Shown: positions 57,123 to 64,000 of the stretch, piece after piece
How positions within the stretch are numbered: the stretch's first letter is position 1
Layout: every line of letters starts with the position of its first letter
NCBI GenBank assembly: GCA_045106895.1
Contig: JBGCFM010000016.1
Coordinates: 64,001-128,000, forward strand
Length of the DNA stretch: 64,000 bases
Direction: 5' to 3'
Source of the DNA: Polyangiales bacterium
GTDB lineage: Bacteria; Myxococcota_A; Polyangia; Polyangiales; Houyiibacteriaceae
Translations under genes and position numbers: made by a program
Notes under the pieces: generated by a model
The model's database searches: none
What the model was told of the DNA's origin: nothing
The model's input: only the letters and a program-made list of their open reading frames with translations

Positions 57123-60068
57123 ATGCGTAGCTCCCTCGTTTTGGCAGTCCTTCTCATCGCTGGTGGTTCGTTCGTGACCACTTCATCCGTCTTCGCCCAA
57201 GGCATGGACGCGGACAACGACACCATTGCCGACAGCGACGAGGCGGGCGTCGACACGGACGACGACGGGGACGATGACGACGTGGACACGGACTCGGACA
57301 ACGACGGGATCGCCGATGCCGACGAAGCCGGGGACAGCGACCTGGCCACGCCTCCCGTCGACACCGACGAAGACATGGTGCCGGACTTTCGCAGCGACGA
57401 CTCGGATGGCGACGGAATCCCTGACAGCCAGGAAGCCGGAGATGCGGATCTCATGACGCCCCCCCTCGACACGGACGGCGACGGAACGGCGGACTTTCAG
57501 GAGACGGACTCCGACGGAGACGGCATCGCCGACGGAGTCGAGGCCGGAGGGTCTCCCCCCGTCGACTCGGACCTTGACGGAGTCCCCGACTACCGTGATC
57601 TCGATTCGGACAACGACGGCGAACTCGACGCCGATGAGTCCCAAGGAGACCTCGACAGCGATGGCATCCCGGACTTTCGTGACCCGGATGCGGATGGGGA
57701 CGGGATCAACGACGGCGACGACGTGTGCCCCCGACTCTACAACCGCGACCAGAGCGACACGGACCGCGACGGCGACGGCGACGCCTGCGATGACGACATC
57801 GACGGGGACACCATCTTGGACGGCGACGACAACTGCGTGGACGTGGCGAATTTTGACCAGCGCGACCGCGATGGTGACGGCATCGGTGACCTATGTGAGG
57901 GAATCGACGACAACGGCGACGGCATCGATGACCGCTTGACGGCTCAAGGGGGCTGCGCAGCAGGGGGACAGGGGAGCGCAGGCTGGCTGCTTCTGATCAT
58001 TGGACTCGTCTTCATCCGGCGCCGCCCAGCCATGATCGCAGCGGCTTTCGTAGTGGCCAGCTTCGTTGCAAGCCCCGCCTCCGCTCAGGTGACCGAAGCC
58101 GGAGACTACTCCGCGGAGCGTTTTCGTTTGGCGACGGACCGCCAAGGCATTCTCGGGGCGGAATGGGGCGCCGTCCCCGCACATCTCGACGTCCAGGGTT
58201 CGCTCTGGGTTGGTTACGCGGACGACCCCCTGCAGCTCGAGAGCAGCGACCCTAACGTCCCGGGCTTCGGGCTCGTCGACAGCCGGGTCGGTGCGGGCGT
58301 GGGCCTCATCATTCCGCTCTACGACGCCTTCGCCATCGCGATCGATTTGCCTTTTGCTTTGTACCAAAACCGTGAGAGCGACGTCGAATCCGCTCGCGAT
58401 CTCTTGCCCGATCTGACGCGCGCGGGGCTCGGCGACCTGCGAATCATCCCGAAGGTTCAGCTGCTTCATCAAAGCCGGCACGGCATTCACCTCTCGCTCA
58501 TGCCGACCTTCACCATCGCCCTCGGTGGTGCCGACTCGTACCTTCGAGAACAAGACTGGACCTTCGAGCCAGAGCTGGCTTTGAGCCGCTCAAGCGGCAT
58601 GTTCCGCTTCGCCTTCAACGTGGGCTACCACCTTCGCGGCGCCACCCAGTCGCTCGGACTTGAGGTGGACGACGAGGTCTCGATTCGCGCCGGCGGCGCG
58701 CTCCGCTTCGCAGACGCCGGTGGGCCCCCCATCGAAATCGGCCTCACGGCGATGCTTGGTTTTGCCACGGGTGAGCCCTTCGCCAACGCCAACCAAACCC
58801 CTGCCGAGATTCAAGCCGGCGTGACCTGGGATGCACATCCCCTCGTCAGCATCTTTGGCCTCGGCGGCGTAGGCATCGCCTCGGGCTTCGGCACCCCCGA
58901 CTGGCGTGCCGTCGTCGGTGTTCGCGCCGGCCTTGTCTCCTCCCCGTTCGACCCGTGCGCCCAGGGCAACGAGGACATGGACGGCTTCGAGGATGATGAT
59001 GGCTGCCCTGATCCCGACAACGACGAAGATGGCATCGAAGACACCGTCGATGAGTGCCCGAACGAGGCCGAAGACATGGACGGCTTCGAAGACGAGGACG
59101 GCTGCGCGGACTTCGACAACGACGAAGACGGCTTCGTCGATACGGCGGACGCCTGTCCCGCAGAGGCCGAGACCCAGAACGGCTTCGAGGATGACGACGG
59201 CTGCCCGGACGAAGATCCAGATCCGGATGGAGACGGCATCGCAGAAGGCGACCAATGTCCGGCGGAGGCCGAAGACATGGACGAGATCCAGGACGAGGAT
59301 GGCTGCCCCGAAGCGGACGCGGACGAGGATGGCGTCGCCGATGAGGCGGATGGTTGTCCCCTCGCCGCCGGCCCCGTGGAAAACCGCGGCTGCCCTGACA
59401 CGGACGCGGACGAGGATGGCGTCGTCGACCGCTTGGACAACTGTCCGAACGAAGCAGGGACCGCCGAGAACCAAGGGTGCAGCAGTCGGCAACTCGTGCG
59501 CATCGAGAACCAGGTGTTGGTCATCCTCGACAAGGTTTACTTCCGAAGCGGGAGCGACCGGATTCTAAGTCGTTCGAATCGTCTGCTGCGGAACGTCGCC
59601 GCTATCCTCAAAGCGCACACGGAGTTCACGCGCGTGCGCATCGAAGGTCACACGGACAACCGTGGTGACGACGCGGCGAACCTCGACCTCTCGCGTCGCC
59701 GCGCACAGTCTGTGGTTGCGTTCTTGGTTCGAGAGGACATCGATGAGTCGCGCCTCGTCGCCGTCGGGCTTGGTGAGACACGCCCGGTGAACGAAGCTGA
59801 CACGGCCGCAGCACGGGCGGAGAATCGACGCGTCGAGTTCCACATCGTCTCCCCTGAGGAGGCGGCGTCAAGCGAGTCCGGTGAGACGCCGGAAACAGCG
59901 ACGGAAGCAGAGGCGGAGTCGGCAGAGTCGGCAGAGTCCGCGCCAACTCCTCCGACGCCACCCGCCACCGCGACAGCTGCGGCGCCCGTCGTTCGGCCTG
60001 GCGTCGTTACGCCGCCGCGTCCCTCTCCACGGATTCCAACCACGCGGCGCGTGCCAGCCGCCAACTAG
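57123..60068 (+). CDS. TSP3-repeat protein + internal MYXO-CTERM + second signal peptide + TraB-like barrel/TSP3/OmpA
   Basis: DxDxDG repeats; GGCAAGG...WLLLIIGLVFIRRR; ASA-Q; GLGDLRI and GTPDWRAVVG; IEGHTD...LSRRRAQSV...NRRVEF. Confidence 0.88.
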   Translation: MRSSLVLAVLLIAGGSFVTTSSVFAQGMDADNDTIADSDEAGVDTDDDGDDDDVDTDSDNDGIADADEAGDSDLATPPVDTDEDMVPDFRSDDSDGDGIPDSQEAGDADLMTPPLDTDGDGTADFQETDSDGDGIADGVEAGGSPPVDSDLDGVPDYRDLDSDNDGELDADESQGDLDSDGIPDFRDPDADGDGINDGDDVCPRLYNRDQSDTDRDGDGDACDDDIDGDTILDGDDNCVDVANFDQRDRDGDGIGDLCEGIDDNGDGIDDRLTAQGGCAAGGQGSAGWLLLIIGLVFIRRRPAMIAAAFVVASFVASPASAQVTEAGDYSAERFRLATDRQGILGAEWGAVPAHLDVQGSLWVGYADDPLQLESSDPNVPGFGLVDSRVGAGVGLIIPLYDAFAIAIDLPFALYQNRESDVESARDLLPDLTRAGLGDLRIIPKVQLLHQSRHGIHLSLMPTFTIALGGADSYLREQDWTFEPELALSRSSGMFRFAFNVGYHLRGATQSLGLEVDDEVSIRAGGALRFADAGGPPIEIGLTAMLGFATGEPFANANQTPAEIQAGVTWDAHPLVSIFGLGGVGIASGFGTPDWRAVVGVRAGLVSSPFDPCAQGNEDMDGFEDDDGCPDPDNDEDGIEDTVDECPNEAEDMDGFEDEDGCADFDNDEDGFVDTADACPAEAETQNGFEDDDGCPDEDPDPDGDGIAEGDQCPAEAEDMDEIQDEDGCPEADADEDGVADEADGCPLAAGPVENRGCPDTDADEDGVVDRLDNCPNEAGTAENQGCSSRQLVRIENQVLVILDKVYFRSGSDRILSRSNRLLRNVAAILKAHTEFTRVRIEGHTDNRGDDAANLDLSRRRAQSVVAFLVREDIDESRLVAVGLGETRPVNEADTAAARAENRRVEFHIVSPEEAASSESGETPETATEAEAESAESAESAPTPPTPPATATAAAPVVRPGVVTPPRPSPRIPTTRRVPAAN

Positions 60069-60205
60069 ATCGCTCAGGAACAACCGGGCTCCGAGGCACG
60101 TTTGACGAGTGTTCGCCTCCGGGAGGGGCGTCCATAAACCCTAGGAATGGGGCGAATCCTTGACGCACTGGGCCTGCGTACGCAGGTTGATGAGAGGGCC
60201 CGCTC

Positions 60206-61159
60206 ATGACTCTTCCTACATCCACATTTCAGAAGTGGCGTTTTGCCCTCAAGCCCGGCTCATGGCCGAAGCTCTTTGTGCCCATGATGATGGGGCACGC
60301 CCTCGGTGGCGCACAGCGCGGCGGACTCGATATCGAAGTCGCCGTGGTTGGCGCCGTTCTGACGTTCTTTCTCCTGGCTTCGATCGTTCTGTTGAACGAT
60401 TTTGGCGACCGCGAGGTGGACAAGATCAAGCGGCGCATCTACCCGCACTCTTCGCCCAAGACGATTCCCGATGGAGTACTCCCGGCTCACTACCTGCTCT
60501 TTGCGGGGATGGCGGCGGGGGCTGTGTTTGTCGGCGGCTCATTCTGGGTCGCGTCCTGGGCAGGCAGGCCAGGCTTTGGCCTGCTTGGTGTTCTGGCCTT
60601 CGTGACGTTTGCTGCTTACTCCTTGCCGCCACTCCGCCTCAACTACCGAGGAGGCGGAGAGCTCCTCGAGATGCTCGGAGTGGGTTTTGTGCTGCCTTGG
60701 ATGAACGCATACCTCCAGGCCGGGCTTGGCGCCGAAAGCGCGTGGTGGTTTCCGAAGGCCAGCGTACTCTTCGGCGGGCTCATGCTCCTGGCGCTCTCCA
60801 GCGCCATCGCGAGCGGGCTTAGCGACGAAGTCAGCGACCGTCGAGGTGGGAAGAAGACCTTCACCACGATGTTCGGAAATCCAGCGGCCCGGCGAGTGGT
60901 TGAGACTCTAGTGCTCTTCGCCGCCCTCGCTTTTCTCGCGGCGGGTATCTTCAGCGCGCATGTGCCCCTTCCCGTCGTTCTCCCCACGTGCGCCATGCTT
61001 TTGTGGCGCCGCCACCAGATGCGCACGCTTAGCCCCGCTGCTGTGACGGGGTCGTTGAACGTGCTCGCCACGTACAAGGCGCGGCTCCACGCGGGCATCT
61101 GGCGCGGCGTCGAAGTGCTCGCCGGTGCGCTCATCGCCTATCGGATGTTCATCGGCTGA
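60206..61159 (+). CDS. UbiA-family prenyltransferase (MenA-like)
   Basis: LKPGSW; NDFGDREVD; YSLPPLRLNYRGGGE; DEVSDRRGGKKT. Confidence 0.85.
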   Translation: MTLPTSTFQKWRFALKPGSWPKLFVPMMMGHALGGAQRGGLDIEVAVVGAVLTFFLLASIVLLNDFGDREVDKIKRRIYPHSSPKTIPDGVLPAHYLLFAGMAAGAVFVGGSFWVASWAGRPGFGLLGVLAFVTFAAYSLPPLRLNYRGGGELLEMLGVGFVLPWMNAYLQAGLGAESAWWFPKASVLFGGLMLLALSSAIASGLSDEVSDRRGGKKTFTTMFGNPAARRVVETLVLFAALAFLAAGIFSAHVPLPVVLPTCAMLLWRRHQMRTLSPAAVTGSLNVLATYKARLHAGIWRGVEVLAGALIAYRMFIG

Positions 61160-61163
61160 CGCG

Positions 61164-61886
61164 ATGACCAGTGCTCAAACAAGCGCCGCTACGCTCTGCG
61201 TCGCGGACGCCGACGCTCGCATCGATGCCCTTGGCCCGCGGCGTTCGCTCTGCCCTGAACGCGCGACGGCGACATCCCTCGCGAGCCTGGCTCAGGCGGC
61301 GCCTTTGGAGGTGCGCGCGGCTTTCGAGCGTTGCTTGGCGCGCATCGCGGTGGCTCAGATCGTTGCGTTCCCCGACAATATCTTTTGGGACTTCGATGCC
61401 CTCGCGCATTCGATTCTCGAGCAAGCGCTCTCCGCGGTGGATGGCGAGGCGGAGGCTACCCTTGAACGACTAGGCAGCGACGTGGCGTCGCTGCAGACAC
61501 TCTTCGGCGCGGGCACCGCGATTCACTTCCGCTACGTTCACGACTTTAGCTACGGCTACGACTGGTCGAAGTGGGTGCGTCGCAACCCGGAGTCCGCCGA
61601 CAACCCGCCCTTCGGGTCGGTCTTTCTTGAATACTCCCTTCGCCGCGGTCATGAGCTTCTCGACCTCATCGCCGCCGACGACACGAAGTACCCGAAGCTT
61701 CCGGATGGCAAACCTCGAAACCCCTTTGGCTTCTCTCGAGGTCGAAGCGATGAGATTCGCCTCTTCGAGCACCTGGCGCAGGAAGATTTGCTGCCCCTGC
61801 GGGCCTGGGAGACCCATCCGAAAGGGCGTTGGGATCGCGACTATCGAGCGCTCCGAGACGCCGAAGCCAAGAAGCTTGGCCTGTGA
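61164..61886 (+). CDS. Hypothetical protein
   Basis: Starts 4 nt after the UbiA gene; motifs FPDNIFWDFD and FRYVHDFSYGYDW look conserved; function unknown. Confidence 0.65.
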   Translation: MTSAQTSAATLCVADADARIDALGPRRSLCPERATATSLASLAQAAPLEVRAAFERCLARIAVAQIVAFPDNIFWDFDALAHSILEQALSAVDGEAEATLERLGSDVASLQTLFGAGTAIHFRYVHDFSYGYDWSKWVRRNPESADNPPFGSVFLEYSLRRGHELLDLIAADDTKYPKLPDGKPRNPFGFSRGRSDEIRLFEHLAQEDLLPLRAWETHPKGRWDRDYRALRDAEAKKLGL

Positions 61887-61919
61887 TTTCGCGGAGATTG
61901 GCTCTTCGTTACATTCCGA

Positions 61920-61943
61920 GAACTTTTTGTAGAGCCAGGCGTC
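61920..61943 (+). promoter_or_regulatory. Candidate ECF-type promoter
   Basis: GAAC(61920)-N16-CGTC(61940), upstream of a GGAGG SD. Confidence 0.35.
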
Positions 61944-61961
61944 GTAGGGCCCGGAGGCTCT

Positions 61962-62657
61962 ATGTACAGAAAAACCATCCTCGCGGCGATTCTCGCCCTC
62001 TCTTCTTTAGCCGGAGCGGAAGCACGCGCCGACTACCATCCATCTCGGCCGAGTGGCGGAGGGATCACAGCGCTTGAGCTGACGCTCGGTGTGGGCGTCA
62101 TGGGGCACACGACGGCAAGGCCTCCCATCGAGGGCTACGGCTACGACCGCGATCCAGGGCCCGCAGCCGATGTCGCGCTGCGACTGCTCTTTGGCCGAAA
62201 TCAGTACTTTCGCCACGGTGTTACGATGCGTGGTGTCTACTTTGCGGGGCGCCAGTTTGGCGCGAACGGACACGGCTTCCGCTTTGGTCTGGCAGACCTG
62301 ACCTACACAGTGCGGACGCTATTGCCCTGCATGAGCAGCCAGGACGGCGTGCGCTTTTATGCGGCGGCGTCCCTCGGTATCACCGGCGGCTGGGTCGACG
62401 CAGGCTCGGGACGCGGTCCGATGAACGCGGACTATCTCGTGCGTCAAGACGCGGCGGCAAACCTCGACCACGCGACGCTGGGCTGGACCGCAGGCGCCAC
62501 GGGCGAGATGCACTACGGAAAGCTTCTCGTTGGCGTCTCCATCGATCTCCGGCGCTTGTGGGGGATCGACACGGACGTCGGCAGCAGCTGGGTGCGGAGC
62601 ATGTCGCTACGCGTGGGCTATCGCTTTGATGCGACGGACTCCCAGGAGGCGAGCTAA
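61962..62657 (+). CDS. Probable outer-membrane beta-barrel protein
   Basis: GGAGG SD; signal peptide ARA-D; strands ending LRVGYRF. Confidence 0.65.
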   Translation: MYRKTILAAILALSSLAGAEARADYHPSRPSGGGITALELTLGVGVMGHTTARPPIEGYGYDRDPGPAADVALRLLFGRNQYFRHGVTMRGVYFAGRQFGANGHGFRFGLADLTYTVRTLLPCMSSQDGVRFYAAASLGITGGWVDAGSGRGPMNADYLVRQDAAANLDHATLGWTAGATGEMHYGKLLVGVSIDLRRLWGIDTDVGSSWVRSMSLRVGYRFDATDSQEAS

Positions 62658-62749
62658 CCCTGCGTTCGCGCTGAGTCCGTCCGGCTCTGGATGGGCCAAC
62701 GCGGGCCCAAGGCCACTTCGCCAACGCGGGAGACAGCCACTGAGTTTGT

Positions 62750-62938
62750 TTACTTGCCGCCGCTGAAGCCGCCGTACCAGAACACACCTCCGGCGGTGTT
62801 GCCGCCGGTGTGTTGTGGGGGCAGCTCTCGCGTGTCGGAGCTTGTGGCGAAGGGGTCGAGGGCCATCGCGTTTGCCATTGCGTAGGCGCCGAGCACCACG
62901 AGGCAAAAAATAGCGGTTCCGATGGCACGTCCCTTCAC
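62750..62938 (-). CDS. Small membrane protein ending GGFSGGK (DUF4178-associated type)
   Basis: N-terminal TM and FWYGGFSGGK tail, directly after the DUF4178 gene. Confidence 0.65.
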   Translation of the reverse strand: MKGRAIGTAIFCLVVLGAYAMANAMALDPFATSSDTRELPPQHTGGNTAGGVFWYGGFSGGK

Positions 62939-62990
62939 GGCTGGAAGTCTGTCCTAATGGACCCGGAGCGTCAACGCGGGGCCGGGCGTT

Positions 62991-64000
62991 CTAGACGGTG
63001 CTGTTTTCTTTTCGCTGGGTTTCGAAGCTAACCTGGCGAGCAATGTTGAAGAATGCGGGTGCCAGGAGCATCAGCAAAGACAGGAGGAAGCACCAAGGCG
63101 ATCGATCGTTGGTGTTGACCTGAATACGGAGATTGGGCGGAACGATGCCCCCTTGGCCGCCGGGCTGCGGGTAGGCGGTCCAAAAAGGGTCGATGCGCAT
63201 GCGGTAGTTGCCCGCAGGAACCGAGTCGATGTTCACGTCGGAGTGAAGTGTACCTTCAGACCACCGGTATCCGCCGTCGACACCATTGTAGGCGCCGAAG
63301 TCGAGCTCGAACTCGATGACCTCCCGGGTCTCTTCGTTGATCAGCGCGCACGCCGCTCCAACGAACTGGTTGCTTGGATTGCCGCCAAGATGAACGCCGA
63401 GAACCGTCCGTGAGCTGATGGCGAAGGGTGGCGTGAGCATCGCGTAGCGCCCGCTCGCGTCGGGCGCGGTCATGGAGGTGGGCGGCGTCTGAACGCTGCC
63501 ATCGACGACGGTTCCTCCGCCTGAGGTGAACGCGGCCAATACGCAGAGGAGCACCGTCGCCACGAGGGGGATGACGGTGCCTTTCCACGAGTAGGGGTTG
63601 GGTTGAACGATGCCAACGCCGCGTTTGTAAGGAGGCTTTCCGTCCAGGCCCAGCCCTGCCCACACGTCGGCGCCGTCAATGTGCTCACCGATGGACCAGT
63701 TGAGTTCCGTGTTGGTCAGCTCCGAGCTCAACACATAGGGAGGGCTGACGTAGTCGCAGAGGCTGGCCTCTTCGCCGCTCTCGACCTTCCAGTAGAACTC
63801 GCCGACGACGGTCTCAACCCACGCGTTGACGCGCGAGAAGATGGGGAAGCTGTCGTTCTTGTACTTTGCGTTCTGAGAGTACTTCGACGCGTTGACCTCG
63901 CCGGCTTCCAGCGGGCGAATCAGTTGGAAATGGCCGTTGTCTTCAAGGAGCCACCAGAACCCCTGGCCCTCTACGTAGAGGAGGAACTCTCGCCATCGGT
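62991..64000 (-). CDS. DUF4178-domain membrane protein, C-terminal part (5' end beyond the window)
   Basis: The frame is open to the edge: WREFLLYVEGQGFWWLLEDNGHF...VVGEFYWKV...LSSE...WSIG...GIVQPNP. Confidence 0.8.
   Translation of the reverse strand, partial: RWREFLLYVEGQGFWWLLEDNGHFQLIRPLEAGEVNASKYSQNAKYKNDSFPIFSRVNAWVETVVGEFYWKVESGEEASLCDYVSPPYVLSSELTNTELNWSIGEHIDGADVWAGLGLDGKPPYKRGVGIVQPNPYSWKGTVIPLVATVLLCVLAAFTSGGGTVVDGSVQTPPTSMTAPDASGRYAMLTPPFAISSRTVLGVHLGGNPSNQFVGAACALINEETREVIEFELDFGAYNGVDGGYRWSEGTLHSDVNIDSVPAGNYRMRIDPFWTAYPQPGGQGGIVPPNLRIQVNTNDRSPWCFLLSLLMLLAPAFFNIARQVSFETQRKENSTV

Noticed and set aside
54716..59460. Repetitive DNA as a possible CRISPR array
   Set aside because: The repeats are degenerate, in frame and encode EGF or TSP3 modules; no identical repeats with unique spacers and no cas genes.
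62660..62730. Hairpin and GCCAACGCGGG direct repeat between convergent genes
   Set aside because: Most simply a bidirectional terminator region; too little evidence for an ncRNA.

Overview
GC-rich chromosomal window. Its gene content (four Hanks-type Ser/Thr kinases, a MYXO-CTERM tag, myxobacterial Cys-rich repeats, a TraB-like OmpA protein, a split atp operon) points to a myxobacterium, probably Polyangiales-like; this is an inference. Housekeeping genes (hom partial, atpF'FHAGDC, pgi, rnc, orn, cysD-cysN/C, a two-component pair, an ECF sigma/cupin anti-sigma pair) alternate with cell-surface lipoproteins and outer-membrane proteins. I saw no tRNA, rRNA, CRISPR array, transposase, integrase or prophage. 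Most notable: (1) a 981-aa apparent polyprotein in which a MYXO-CTERM-tagged Ca-binding-repeat protein runs into a second signal peptide and a TraB-like barrel-TSP3-OmpA protein; (2) a window-wide TANNNT-N6-start codon pattern suggesting pervasive leaderless mRNAs; (3) an ATP synthase with a 17-His exported extension on subunit b, a ~46-aa insertion in alpha, and structured leader/spacers; (4) a receptor Ser/Thr kinase with a sugar-binding-protein ectodomain; (5) a cbEGF-repeat lipoprotein whose likely start is 1 nt out of frame across a homopolymer; (6) a rhomboid-coupled HTTM gene pair; (7) a degenerate APS-kinase domain on CysN. All product calls come from reading motifs by eye, not from database searches.
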